Source of the DNA: the human T2T-CHM13v2.0 reference genome, Homo sapiens
Assembly (NCBI RefSeq): GCF_009914755.1
Contig: NC_060948.1
Reading direction: 5' to 3' (one strand)
Length of the DNA: 64,000 nucleotides
Every line of letters starts with the position of its first letter. Positions within the stretch are counted from its first letter, which is position 1. The notes beneath the pieces were generated by a model. It made no database searches and had not been told where the DNA came from. It worked only from the letters and a program-made list of their open reading frames with translations. A program made the position numbers and the translations under genes. This document shows positions 1 through 21,216 of this stretch, piece by piece.

Positions 1-302
1 AACACAAAGGTTCAATCTCTTCTGACCTTTGAAAGACACAGCACAGACAGTGGTCCTTAGGACGAAGAGCAGGAGACCCCTAATTCCGTCACCATGGCGA
101 TAGGGCATAAACATTGCTGGGTGAGGGCACAATCCACATTGTGAGGTCCAACTGCTGCCAGGAAGACAGGAGTGCTTTTACATAGACCGAAAGGTCATTG
201 AAGGCTCAGAGTTTTGTTTCAAGAACTGAATCCCAAGCCCACACGTTATTAGGCTGCGCTTCTTAAAACAAGTGATGAGATGGGAAAAAGGGCACCCACA
301 AA
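1..302. repeat. HSATI-like mixed-sequence subunit (partial, cut by window start)
   Basis: Same sequence as 2419-2720; non-Alu, non-TA portion of the unit. Confidence 0.7.
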
Positions 303-2152
<1,850 letters not shown>

Positions 2153-2720
2153 AGATCCGTATTTTTTAAATGAAAAAAAATTTCAAAGGTACTCTGCTTG
2201 GTACAATAATCAAATGTATAAACTGAGGAATAAAACATAACCATGAAACCTACTTATAACTGCATATGGAAAATACAGAGGATAATTTTTTAAATAACAT
2301 ATTTTGAAAGCCTTAACTAGTAATTTGAAGAGTTGGCATTTGAAAGGCCAGTATGAATATACCTTCAAAGCAGCAACACAGGTTCCCCATGAGAAAAAGC
2401 AAACACAGGGAAAATAAAAACACAAAGGTTCAATCTCTTCTGACCTTTGAAAGACACAGCACAGACAGTGGTCCTTAGGACGAAGAGCAGGAGACCCCTA
2501 ATTCCGTCACCATGGCGATAGGGCATAAACATTGCTGGGTGAGGGCACAATCCACATTGTGAGGTCCAACTGCTGCCAGGAAGACAGGAGTGCTTTTACA
2601 TAGACCGAAAGGTCATTGAAGGCTCAGAGTTTTGTTTCAAGAACTGAATCCCAAGCCCACACGTTATTAGGCTGCGCTTCTTAAAACAAGTGATGAGATG
2701 GGAAAAAGGGCACCCACAAA
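2153..2720. repeat. HSATI-like mixed-sequence subunit (~570 bp), representative full copy; recurs after every Alu
   Basis: Lies between the Alu 5' end and the AT-rich block. Name assigned from the known DYZ2 architecture, not from an alignment. Confidence 0.7.
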
Positions 2721-4257
2721 CATACGTATACATTATGTATATAATAATATACAGTATCATATATATAATATATATAACCTATGTATAATATTGTTTTACA
2801 TCCTGCATCTTATGTTATATATATTGTATAAAATATAATAATTGATAATATATAAGTTTTATAATTATACAATATGACATATAGTATATATTATAATTTA
2901 TGACATATATAATATATGTTATATATCATATATAGAATATATTATACGGTTAATATACGTATTAAATGTAAATTATACCTTATATATATTATATATAATA
3001 TAACTGTTATATATAATACCCATTATGCATAATATATATATTATGTCTATGTTATATATAGTATAAAACAACATATAATAATATATAATTGTATATATAA
3101 AATGCGACATATAATATATATTATATTTTATAACATATGTAATATATATTATATATTATATATAATACGTTGTATGTATAATACCTATATTAAATATATA
3201 TTATATGACTATGTTATTAATTACATGTCACATGTGTTATATATTATATATTTTACATAGAATATACCGGTTACATACAATATATACTATGTTACCTATA
3301 ATGTATAATTTATTACATGTAAAATAAAGAATGCAATATATTATGTATAATTTATAATATACAATATGTGGAATGTGATATATGTAACATATAATATATG
3401 ATATATGATATACAGTATATGATATATAACATACAATATATGATTCCTAATATATATGGTATACAATATATATTTTATGATATGTATTCTATATGTTTTA
3501 TATTCTGTTATATATAACTATTTGAAATTATATATAACTGTATAATATTTTATGTAAATATGTAATATAATATATATAACTATATAATATATTATATATA
3601 ACTATATATTATGTTATGTATACTTTTATAACATAATTTACATAAAATATCATAATATAATATATATTATATTATTTCATATTACATAATATATATTACA
3701 TATCACCCAATATAACTAACATACATAATATTATAATATAGATTATATTATGTTATATTAAATATCATATATATCATGTATCATATATTCTATAATATAT
3801 ATTACACATTATATAATATGTATGCTGTCTATTATGTGATATATATAACTATATATATAATTATATTTTTATACATATAACTAGATAAACATGTAATTCT
3901 ACATATTTTCATTTATAATATGTAGAATTATATAATCATATATAATTCTTTATATTCTATAAAAAATTTTATCATTATATAAATTATAATATATAAAAAT
4001 TATAATATGTACTACAAATATATATATTATATATCATATATGATATAGTACCTTTGTTATATATCATAATACATATAAATGTGTATTATGTTATCTATAA
4101 TTATATAATTTCATATATAAGGTGTATAATATGTATCATATATTATATATGTTATGTAATATATATAGTATATATAAGATGACACAGGATAAATATTATA
4201 TACTATGACATATAAAATATATGAGGTTATATGTTACATATAAGGCATAGCACATAA

Positions 4258-4572
<315 letters not shown>

Positions 4573-6677
4573 AGATCCATATTTTTTAAATGAAAAAAAA
4601 TTTCAAAGGTACTCTGCTTGGTACAATAATCAAATGTATAAACTGAGGAATAAAACATAACCATGAAACCTACTTATAACTGCATATGGAAAATACAGAG
4701 GATAATTTTTTAAATAACATATTTTGAAAGCCTTAACTAGTAATTTGAAGAGTTGGCATTTGAAAGGCCAGTATGAATATACCTTCAAAGCAGCAACACA
4801 GGTTCCCCATGAGAAAAAGCAAACACAGGGAAAATAAAAACACAAAGGTTCAATCTCTTCTGACCTTTGAAAGACACAGCACAGACAGTGGTCCTTAGGA
4901 CGAAGAGCAGGAGACCCCTAATTCCGTCACCATGGCGATAGGGCATAAACATTGCTGGGTGAGGGCACAATCCAAATTGTGAGGTCCAACTGCTGCCAGG
5001 AAGACAGGAGTGCTTTTACATAGACCGAAAGGTCATTGAAGGCTCAGAGTTTTGTTTCAAGAACTGAATCCCAAGCCCACACGTTATTAGGCTGCGCTTC
5101 TTAAAACAAGTGATGAGATGGGAAAAAGGGCACCCACAAACATACGTATACATTATGTATATAATAATATACAGTATCATATATATAATATATATAACCT
5201 ATGTATAATATTGTTTTACATCCTGCATCTTATGTTATATATATTGTATAAAATATAATAATTGATAATATATAAGTTTTATAATTATACAATATGACAT
5301 ATAGTATATATTATAATTTATGACATATATAATATATGTTATATATCATATATAGAATATATTATACGGTTAATATACGTATTAAATGTAAATTATACCT
5401 TATATATATTATATATAATATAACTGTTATATATAATACCCATTATGCATAATATATATATTATGTCTATGTTATATATAGTATAAAACAACATATAATA
5501 ATATATAATTGTATATATAAAATGCGACATATAATATATATTATATTTTATAACATATGTAATATATATTATATATTATATATAATACGTTGTATGTATA
5601 ATACCTATATTAAATATATATTATATGACTATGTTATTAATTACATGTCACATGTGTTATATATTATATATTTTACATAGAATATACCGGTTTCATACAA
5701 TATATACTATGTTACCTATAATGTATAATTTATTACATGTAAAATAAAGAATGCAATATATTATGTATAATTTATAATATACAATATGTGGAATGTGATA
5801 TATGTAACATATAATATATGATATATGATATACAGTATATGATATATAACATACAATATATGATTCCTAATATATATGGTATACAATATATATTTTATGA
5901 TATGTATTCTATATGTTTTATATTCTGTTATATATAACTATATGAAATTATATATAACTGTATAATATTTTATGTAAATATGTAATATAATATATATAAC
6001 TATATAATATATTATATATAACTATATATTATGTTATGTATACTTTTATAACATAATTTACATAAAACATCATAATATAATATATATTATATTATTTCAT
6101 ATTACATAATATATATTACATATCACCCAATATAACTAACATACATAATATTATAATATAGATTATATTATGTTATATTAAATATCATATATATCATGTA
6201 TCATATATTCTATAATATATATTACACATTATATAATATGTATGCTGTCTATTATGTGATATATATAACTATATATATAATTATATTTTTATACATATAA
6301 CTAGATAAACATGTAATTCTACATATTTTCATTTATAATATGTAGAATTATATAATCATATATAATTCTTTATATTCTATAAAAAATTTTATCATTATAT
6401 AAATTATAATATATAAAAATTATAATATGTACTACAAATATATATATTATATATCATATATGATATAGTACCTTTGTTATATATCATAATACATATAAAT
6501 GTGTATTATGTTATCTATAATTATATAATTTCATATATAAGGTGTATAATATGTATCATATATTATATATGTTATGTAATATATATAGTATATATAAGAT
6601 GACACAGGATAAATATTATATACTATGACATATAAAATATATGAGGTTATATGTTACATATAAGGCATAGCACATAA

Positions 6678-6992
<315 letters not shown>

Positions 6993-9095
6993 AGATCCAT
7001 ATTTTTTAAATGAAAAAAAATTTCAAAGGTACTCTGCTTGGTACAATAATCAAATGTATAAACTGAGGAATAAAACATAACCATGAAACCTACTTATAAC
7101 TGCATATGGAAAATACAGAGGATAATTTTTTAAATAACATATTTTGAAAGCCTTAACTAGTAATTTGAAGAGTTGGCATTTGAAAGGCCAGTATGAATAT
7201 ACCTTCAAAGCAGCAACACAGGTTCCCCATGAGAAAAAGCAAACACAGGGAAAATAAAAACACAAAGGTTCAATCTCTTCTGACCTTTGAAAGACACAGC
7301 ACAGACAGTGGTCCTTAGGACGAAGAGCAGGAGACCCCTAATTCCGTCACAATGGCGATAGGGCATAAACATTGCTGGGTGAGGGCACAATCCACATTGT
7401 GAGGTCCAACTGCTGCCAGGAAGACAGGAGTGCTTTTACATAGACCGAAAGGTCATTGAAGGCTCAGAGTTTTGTTTCAAGAACTGAATCCCAAGCCCAC
7501 ACGTTATTAGGCTGCGCTTCTTAAAACAAGTGATGAGATGGGAAAAAGGGCACCCACAAACATACGTATACATTATGTATATAATAATATACAGTATCAT
7601 ATATATAATATATATAACCTATGTATAATATTGTTTTACATCCTGCATCTTATGTTATATATATTGTATAAAATATAATAATTGATAATATATAAGTTTT
7701 ATAATTATACAATATGACATATAGTATATATTATAATTTATGACATATATAATACATGTTATATATCATATATAGAATATATTATACGGTTAATATACGT
7801 ATTAAATGTAAATTATACCTTATATATATTATATATAATATAACTGTTATATATAATACCCATTATGCATAATATATATATTATGTCTATGTTATATATA
7901 GTATAAAACAACATATAATAATATATAATTGTATATATAAAATGCGACATATAATATATATTATATTTTATAACATATGTAATATATATTATATATTATA
8001 TATAATACGTTGTATGTATAATACCTATATTAAATATATATTATATGACTATGTTATTAATTACATGTCACATGTGTTATATATTATATATTTTACATAG
8101 AATATACCGGTTTCATACAATATATACTATGTTACCTATAATGTATAATTTATTACATGTAAAATAAAGAATGCAATATATTATGTATAATTTATAATAT
8201 ACAATATGTGGAATGTGATATATGTAACATATAATATATGATATATGATATACAGTATATGATATATAACATACAATATATGATTCCTAATATATATGGT
8301 ATACAATATATATTTTATGATATGTATTCTATATGTTTTATATTCTGTTATATATAACTATTTGAAATTATATATAACTGTATAATATTTTATGTAAATA
8401 TGTAATATAATATGTATAACTATATAATATATTATATATAACTATATATTATGTTATGTATACTTTTATAACATAATTTACATAAAATATCATAATATAA
8501 TATATATTATATTATTTCATATTACATAATATATATTACATATCACCCAATATAACTAACATACATAATATTATAAGATAGATTATATTATGTTATATTA
8601 AATATCATATATATCATGTATCATATATTCTATAATATATATTACACATTATATAATATGTATGCTGTCTATTATGTGATATATATAACTATATATAATT
8701 ATATTTTTATACATATAACTAGATAAACATGTAATTCTACATATTTTCATTTATAATATGTAGAATTATATAATCATATATAATTATTTATATTCTATAA
8801 AAAATTGTATCATTCTATAAATTATAATATATAAAAATTATAATATGTACTACAAATATATATATTATATATCATATATGATATAGTACCTTTGTTATAT
8901 ATCATAATACATATAAATGTGTATTATGTTATCTATAATTATATAATTTCATATATAAGATGTATAATATGTATCATATATTATATATGTTATGTAATAT
9001 ATATAGTATATATAAGATGACACAGGATAAATATTATATACTATGACATATAAAATATATGAGGTTATATGTTACATATAAGGCATAGCACATAA

Positions 9096-9410
<315 letters not shown>

Positions 9411-11514
9411 AGATCCATATTTTTTAAATGAAAAAAAATTTCAAAGGTACTCTGCTTGGTACAATAATCAAATGTATAAACTGAGGAATAAAACATAACC
9501 ATGAAACCTACTTATAACTGCATATGGAAAATACAGAGGATAATTTTTTAAATAACATATTTTGAAAGCCTTAACTAGTAATTTGAAGAGTTGGCATTTG
9601 AAAGGCCAGTATGAATATACCTTCAAAGCAGCAACACAGGTTCCCCATGAGAAAAAGCAAACACAGGGAAAATAAAAACACAAAGGTTCAATCTCTTCTG
9701 ACCTTTGAAAGACACAGCACAGACAGTGGTCCTTAGGACGAAGAGCAGGAGACCCCTAATTCCGTCACCATGGCGATAGGGCATAAACATTGCTGGGTGA
9801 GGGCACAATCCACATTGTGAGGTCCAACTGCTGCCAGGAAGACAGGAGTGCTTTTACATAGACCGAAAGGTCATTGAAGGCTCAGAGTTTTGTTTCAAGA
9901 ACTGAATCCCAAGCCCACACGTTATTAGGCTGCGCTTCTTAAAACAAGTTATGAGATGGGAAAAAGGGCACCCACAAACATACGTATACATTATGTATAT
10001 AATAATATACAGTATCATATATATAATATATATAACCTATGTATAATATTGTTTTACATCCTGCATCTTATGTTATATATATTGTATAAAATATAATAAT
10101 TGATAATATATAAGTTTTATAATTATACAATATGACATATAGTATATATTATAATTTATGACATATATAATATATGTTATATATCATATATAGAGTATAT
10201 TATACGGTTAATATACGTATTAAATATAAATTATACATTATATATATTATATATAATATATCTGTTATATATAATACCCATTATGCATAATATATATATT
10301 ATGTCTATGTTATATATAGTATAAAACAACATATAATAATATATAATTGTATATATAAAATGCGACATATAATATATATTATATTTTATAACATATGTAA
10401 TATATATTATATATTATCTATAATACGTTGTATGTATAATACCTATATTAAATATATATTATATGACTATGTTATTAATTACATGTCACATGTGTTATAT
10501 ATTATATATTTTAAATAGAATATACCGGTTACATACAATATATACTATGTTACCTATAATGTATAATTTATTACATGTAAAATAAGGAATGCAATATATT
10601 ATGTATAATTTATAATATACAATATGTGGAATGTGATATATATAACATATAATATATGATATATGATATACAGTATATGATATATAACATACAATATATG
10701 ATTCCTAATATATATGGTATACAATATATATTTTATGATATGTATTCTATATGTTTTATATTCTGTTATATATAACTATTTGAAATTATATATAACTGTA
10801 TAATATTTTATGTAATATGTAATATAATATATATAACTATATAATATATTATATATAACTATATATTATGTTATATATACTTTTATAACATAATTTACAT
10901 AAAATATCATAATATAATATATATTATATTATTTCATATTACATAATATATATTACATATCACCCAATATAACTAACATACATAATATTATAATATAGAT
11001 TATATTATGTTATATTAAATATCATATATATCATGTATCATATATTCTATAGTATATATTACACATTATATAATATGTATGTTGTCTATTATGTGATATA
11101 TATAACTATATATATAATTATATTTTTATACATATAACTAGATAAACATGTAATTCTACATATTTTCATTTATAATATGTAGAATTATATAATCATATAT
11201 AATTATTTATATTCTATAAAAAATTTTATCATTATATGAATTATAATATATAAAAATTATAATATGTACTACAAATATATATATTATATATCATATATGA
11301 TATAGTACCTTTGTTATATATCATAATACATATAAATGTGTATTATGTTATCTATAATTATATAATTTCATATATAAGATGTATAATATGTATCATATAT
11401 TATATATGTTATGTAATATATATAGTATATATAAGATGACACAGGATAAATATTATATACTATGACATATAAAATATATGAGGTTATATGTTACATATAA
11501 TGCATAGCACATAA

Positions 11515-11829
<315 letters not shown>

Positions 11830-13933
11830 AGATCCGTATTTTTTAAATGAAAAAAAATTTCAAAGGTACTCTGCTTGGTACAATAATCAAATGTATAAAC
11901 TGAGGAATAAAACATAACCATGAAACCTACTTATAACTGCATATGGAAAATACAGAGGATAATTTTTTAAATAACATATTTTGAAAGCCTTAACTAGTAA
12001 TTTGAAGAGTTGGCATTTGAAAGGCCAGTATGAATATACCTTCAAAGCAGCAACACAGGTTCCCCATGAGAAAAAGCAAACACAGGGAAAATAAAAACAC
12101 AAAGGTTCAATCTCTTCTGACTTTTGAAAGACACAGCACAGACAGTGGTCCTTAGGACGAAGAGCAGGAGACCCCTAATTCCGTCACCATGGCGATAGGG
12201 CATAAACATTGCTGGGTGAGGGCACAATCCACATTGTGAGGTCCAACTGCTGCCAGGAAGACAGGAGTGCTTTTACATAGACCGAAAGGTCATTGAAGGC
12301 TCAGAGTTTTGTTTCAAGAACTGAATCCCAAGCCCACACGTTATTAGGCTGCGCTTCTTAAAACAAGTTATGAGATGGGAAAAAGGGCACCCACAAACAT
12401 ACGTATACATTATGTATATAATAATATACAGTATCATATATATAATATATATAACCTATGTATAATATTGTTTTACATCCTGCATCTTATGTTATATATA
12501 TTGTATAAAATATAATAATTGATAATATATAAGTTTTATAATTATACAATATGACATATAGTATATATTATAATTTATGACATATATAATATATGTTATA
12601 TATCATATATAGAATATATTATACGGTTAATATACGTATTAAATATAAATTATACATTATATATATTATATATAATATATCTGTTATATATAATACCCAT
12701 TATGCATAATATATATATTATGTCTATGTTATATATAGTATAAAACAACATATAATAATATATAATTGTATATATAAAATGCGACATATAATATATATTA
12801 TATTTTATAACATATGTAATATATATTATATATTATATATAATACGTTGTATGTATAATACCTATATTAAATATATATTATATGACTATGTTATTAATTA
12901 CATGTCACATGTGTTATATATTATATATTTTAAATAGAATATACCGGTTACATACAATATATACTATGTTACCTATAATGTATAATTTATTACATGTAAA
13001 ATAAGGAATGCAATATATTATGTATAATTTATAATATACAATATGTGGAATGTGATATATATAACATATAATATATGATATATGATATACAGTATATGAT
13101 ATATAACATACAATATATGATTCCTAAAATATATGGTATACAATGTATATTTTATGTTATGTATTCTATATGTTTTATATTCTGTTATATATAACTATTT
13201 GAAATTATATATAACTGTATAATATTTTATGTAATATGTAATATAATATATATAACTATATAATATATTATATATAACTATATATTATGTTATATATACT
13301 TTTATAACATAATTTACATAAAATATCATAATATAATATATATTATATTATTTCATATTACATAATATATATTACATATCACCCAATATAAGTAACATAC
13401 ATAATATTATAATATAGATTATATTATGTTATATTAAATATCATATATATCATGTATCATATATTCTATAATATATATTACACATTATATAATATGTATG
13501 TTGTCTATTATGTGATATATATAACTATATATATTATTATATTTTTATACATATAACTAGATAAACATGTAATTCTACATATTTTCATTTATAATATGTA
13601 GAATTATATAATCATATATAATTATTTATATTCTATAAAAAATTTTATTATTATATGAATTATAATATATAAAAATTATAATATGTACTACAAATATATA
13701 TATTATATATCATATATGATATACTACCTTTGTTATATATCATAATACATATAAATGTGTATTATGTTATCTATAATTATATAATTTCATATATAAGATG
13801 TATAATATGTATCATATATTATATATGTTATGTAATATATATAGTATATATAAGATGACACAGGATAAATATTATATACTATGACATATAAAATATATGA
13901 GGTTATATGTTACATATAATGCATAGCACATAA

Positions 13934-14248
<315 letters not shown>

Positions 14249-16353
14249 AGATCCGTATTTTTTAAATGAAAAAAAATTTCAAAGGTACTCTGCTTGGTAC
14301 AATAATCAAATGTATAAACTGAGGAATAAAACATAACCATGAAACCTACTTATAACTGCATATGGAAAATACAGAGGATAATTTTTTAAATAACATATTT
14401 TGAAAGCCTTAACTAGTAATTTGAAGAGTTGGCATTTGAAAGGCCAGTATGAATATACCTTCAAAGCAGCAACACAGGTTCCCCATGAGAAAAAGCAAAC
14501 TCAGGGAAAATAAAACCACAAAGGTTCAATCTCTTCTGACCTTTGAAAGACACAGCACAGACAGTGGTCCTTAGGACGAAGAGCAGGAGACCCCTAATTC
14601 CGTCACCATGGCGATAGGGCATAAACATTGCTGGGTGAGGGCACAATCCACATTGTGAGGTCCAACTGCTGCCAGGAAGACAGGAGTGCTTTTACATAGA
14701 CCGAAAGGTCATTGAAGGCTCAGAGTTTTGTTTCAAGAACTGAATCCCAAGCCCACACGTTATTAGGCTGCGCTTCTTAAAACAAGTTATGAGATGGGAA
14801 AAAGGGCACCCACAAACATACGTATACATTATGTATATAATAATATACAGTATCATATATATAATATATATAACCTATGTATAATATTGTTTTACATCCT
14901 GCATCTTATGTTATATATATTGTATAAAATATAATAATTGATAATATATAAGTTTTATAATTATACAATATGACATATAGTATATATTATAATTTATGAC
15001 ATATATAATATATGTTATATATCATATATAGAATATATTATACGGTTAATATACGTATTAAATATAAATTATACATTATATATATTATATATAATATATC
15101 TGTTATATATAATACCCATTATGCATAATATATATATTATGTCTATGTTATATATAGTATAAAACAACATATAATAATATATAATTGTATATATAAAATG
15201 CGACATATAATATATATTATATTTTATAACATATGTAATATATATTATATATTATATATAATACGTTGTATGTATAATACCTATATTAAATATATATTAT
15301 ATGACTATGTTATTAATTACATGTCACATGTGTTATATATTATATATTTTACATAGAATATACCGGTTAGATACAATATATACTATGTTACCTATAATGT
15401 ATAATTTATTACATGTAAAATAAAGAATGCAATATATTATGTATAATTTATAATATACAATATGTGGAATGTGATATATATAACATATAATATATGATAT
15501 ATGATATACAGTATATGATATATAACATACAATATATGATTCCTAATATATATGGTATACAATATATATTTTATGATATGTATTCTATATGTTTTATATT
15601 CTGTTATATATAACTATTTGAAATTATATATAACTGTATAATATTTTATGTAAATATGTAATATAATATATATAACTATATAATATATTATATATAACTA
15701 TATATTATGTTATATATACTTTTATAACATAATTTACATAAAATATCATAATATAGTATATATTATATTATTTCATATTACATAATATATATTACATATC
15801 ACCCAATATAACTAACATACATAATATTATAATATAGATTATATTATGTTATATTAAATATCATATATATCATGTATCATATATTCTATAATATATATTA
15901 CACTTTATATAATATGTATGTTGTCTAATATGTGATATATATAACTATATATATAATTATATTTTTATACATATAACTAGATAACCATGTAATTCTACAT
16001 ATTTTCATTTATAATATGTAGAATTATATAATCATATATAATTATTTATATTCTATAAAAAATTTTATCATTATATAAATTATAATATATAAAAATTATA
16101 ATATGTACTACAAATATATATATTATATATCATATATGATATAGTACCTTTGTTATATATCATAATACATATAAATGTGTATTATGTTATCTATAATTAT
16201 ATAATTTCATATATAAGGTGTATAATATGTATCATATATTATATATGTTATGTAATATATATAGTATATATAAGATGACACAGGATAAATATTATATACT
16301 ATGACATATAAAATATATGAGGTTATATGTTACATATAAGGCATAGCACATAA

Positions 16354-16668
<315 letters not shown>

Positions 16669-18773
16669 AGATCCATATTTTTTAAATGAAAAAAAATTTC
16701 AAAGGTACTCTGCTTGGTACAATAATCAAATGTATAAACTGAGGAATAAAACATAACCATGAAACCTACTTATAACTGCATATGGAAAATACAGAGGATA
16801 ATTTTTTAAATAACATATTTTGAAAGCCTTAACTAGTAATTTGAAGAGTTGGCATTTGAAAGGCCAGTATGAATATACCTTCAAAGCAGCAACACAGGTT
16901 CCCCATGAGAAAAAGCAAACTCAGGGAAAATAAAACCACAAAGGTTCAATCTCTTCTGACCTTTGAAAGACACAGCACAGACAGTGGTCCTTAGGACGAA
17001 GAGCAGGAGACCCCTAATTCCGTCACCATGGCGATAGGGCATAAACATTGCTGGGTGAGGGCACAATCCACATTGTGAGGTCCAACTGCTGCCAGGAAGA
17101 CAGGAGTGCTTTTACATAGACCGAAAGGTCATTGAAGGCTCAGAGTTTTGTTTCAAGAACTGAATCCCAAGCCCACACGTTATTAGGCTGCGCTTCTTAA
17201 AACAAGGTATGAGATGGGAAAAAGGGCACCCACAAACATACGTATACATTATGTATATAATAATATACAGTATCATATATATAATATATATAACCTATGT
17301 ATAATATTGTTTTACATCCTGCATCTTATGTTATATATATTGTATAAAATATAATAATTGATAATATATAAGTTTTATAATTATACAATATGACATATAG
17401 TATATATTATAATTTATGACATATATAATATATGTTATATATCATATATAGAATATATTATACGGTTAATATACGTATTAAATATAAATTATACATTATA
17501 TATATTATATATAATATATCTGTTATATATAATACCCATTATGCATAATATATATATTATGTCTATGTTATATATAGTATAAAACAACATATAATAATAT
17601 ATAATTGTATATATAAAATGCGACATATAATATATATTATATTTTATAACATATGTAATATATATTATATATTATATATAATACGTTGTATGTATAATAC
17701 CTATATTAAATATATATTATATGACTATGTTATTAATTACATGTCACATGTGTTATATATTATATATTTTACATAGAATATACCGGTTAGATACAATATA
17801 TACTATGTTACCTATAATGTATAATTTATTACATGTAAAATAAAGAATGCAATATATTATGTATAATTTATAATATACAATATGTGGAATGTGATATATA
17901 TAACATATAATATATGATATATGATATACAGTATATGATATATAACATACAATATATGATTCCTAATATATATGGTATACAATATATATTTTATGATATG
18001 TATTCTATATGTTTTATATTCTGTTATATATAACTATTTGAAATTATATATAACTGTATAATATTTTATGTAAATATGTAATATAATATATATAACTATA
18101 TAATATATTATATATAACTATATATTATGTTATATATACTTTTATAACATAATTTACATAAAATATCATAATATAATATATATTATATTATTTCATATTA
18201 CATAATATATATTACATATCACCCAATATAAGTAACATACATAATATTATAATATAGATTATATTATGTTATATTAAATATCATATATATCATGTATCAT
18301 ATATTCTATAATATATATTACACATTATATAATATGTATGTTGTCTATTATGTGATATATATAACTATATATATTATTATATTTTTATACATATAACTAG
18401 ATAAACATGTAATTCTACATATTTTCATTTATAATATGTAGAATTATATAATCATATATAATTATTTATATTCTATAAAAAATTTTATTATTATATGAAT
18501 TATAATATATAAAAATTATAATATGTACTACAAATATATATATTATATATCATATATGATATACTACCTTTGTTATATATCATAATACATATAAATGTGT
18601 ATTATGTTATCTATAATTATATAATTTCATATATAAGATGTATAATATGTATCATATATTATATATGTTATGTAATATATATAGTATATATAAGATGACA
18701 CAGGATAAATATTATATACTATGACATATAAAATATATGAGGTTATATGTTACATATAATGCATAGCACATAA

Positions 18774-19088
<315 letters not shown>

Positions 19089-21216
19089 AGATCCGTATTT
19101 TTTAAATGAAAAAAAATTTCAAAGGTACTCTGCTTGGTACAATAATCAAATGTATAAACTGAGGAATAAAACATAACCATGAAACCTACTTATAACTGCA
19201 TATGGAAAATACAGAGGATAATTTGTTAAATAACATATTTTGAAAGCCTTAACTAGTAATTTGAAGAGTTGGCATTTGAAAGGCCAGTATGAATATACCT
19301 TCAAAGCAGCAACACAGGTTCCCCATGAGAAAAAGCAAACTCAGGGAAAATAAAACCACAAAGGTTCAATCTCTTCGGACCTTTGAAAGACACAGCACAG
19401 ACAGTGGTCCTTAGGACGAAGAGCAGGAGACCCCTAATTCCGTCACCATGGCGATAGGGCATAAACATTGCTGGGTGAGGGTACAATCCACATTGTGAGG
19501 TCCAACTGCTGCCAGGAAGACAGGAGTGCTTTTACATAGACCGAAAGGTCATTGAAGGCTCAGAGTTTTGTTTCAAGAACTGAATCCCAAGCCCACACGT
19601 TATTAGGCTGCGCTTCTTAAAACAAGTTATGAGATGGGAAAAAGGGCACCCACAAACATACGTATACATTATGTATATAATAATATACGGTATCATATAT
19701 ATAATATATATAACCTATGTATAATATTGTTTTACATCCTGCATCTTATGTTATATATATTGTATAAAATATAATAATTGATAATATATAAGTTTTATAA
19801 TTATACAATATGACATATAGTATATATTATAATTTATGACATATATAATATATGTTATATATCATATATAGAATATATTATACGGTTAATATACGTATTA
19901 AATATAAATTATACATTATATATATTATATATAATATATCTGTTATATATAATACCCATTATGCATAATATATATATTATGTCTATGTTATATATAGTAT
20001 AAAACAACATATAATAATATATAATTGTATATATAAAATGCGACATATAATATATATTATATTTTATAACATATGTAATATATATTATATATTTTATATA
20101 ATACGTTGTATGTATAATACCTATATTAAATATATATTATATGACTATGTTAATAATTACATGTCACATGTGTTATATATTATATATTTTACATAGAATA
20201 TACCGGTTACATACAATATATACTATGTTACCTGTAATGTATAATTTATTACATGTAAAATAAAGAATGCAATATATTATGTAAAATTTATAATATACAA
20301 TATGTGGAATGTGATATATGTAACATATAATATATGATATATGATATACAGTATATGATATATAACATACAATATATGATTCCTAATATATATGGTATAC
20401 AATATATATTTTATGATATGTATTCTATATGTTTTATATTCTGTTATATATAACTATTTGAAATTATATATAACTGTATAATATTTTATGTAAATATGTA
20501 ATATAATATATATAACTATATAATATATTATATATAACTATATATTATGTTATGTATACTTTTATAACATAATTTACATAAAATATCATAATATAATATA
20601 TATTATATTATTTCATATTACATAATATATATTACATATCACCCAATATAACTAACATACATAATATTATAATATAGATTATATTATGTTATATTAAATA
20701 TCATATATATCATGTATCATATATTCTATAATATATATTACACATTATATAATATGTATGTTGTCTATTATGTGATATATATAACTATATATATAATTAT
20801 ATTTTTATACATATAACTAGATAAACATGTAATTCTACATATTTTCATTTATAATATGTAGAATTATATAATCATATATAATTATTTATATTCTATAAAA
20901 AATTTTATCATTATATAAATTATAATATATAAAAATTATAATATGTACTACAAATATATATATTATATATCATATATGATATAGTACCTTTGTTATATAT
21001 CATAATACATATAAATGTGTATTATGTTATCTATAATTATATAATTTCATATATAAGTTGTATAATATGTATCATATATTATATATGTTATGTAATATAT
21101 ATAGTATATATAAGATGACACAGGATAAATATTATATACTATGACATATAAAATATATGAGGTTATATGTTACATATAAGGCATAGCACATAACATGTAA
21201 TATATATCATATATAA

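Noticed and set aside
128-143. Small hairpin CACAAT-ccac-ATTGTG and other short palindromes
   Set aside because: A 6-bp stem is within chance expectation; there is no covariation among units and no recognisable RNA family.
2210-2550. Recurrent 71-aa and 61-aa minus-strand ORFs in almost every unit
   Set aside because: Both start at TTG, overlap each other and resemble no protein family I recognise. The 71-aa frame is broken by stops in several units (e.g. near 14500, 16920, 19340, 50785) and both are frameshifted near 43533. Recurrence only reflects the tandem repeat.
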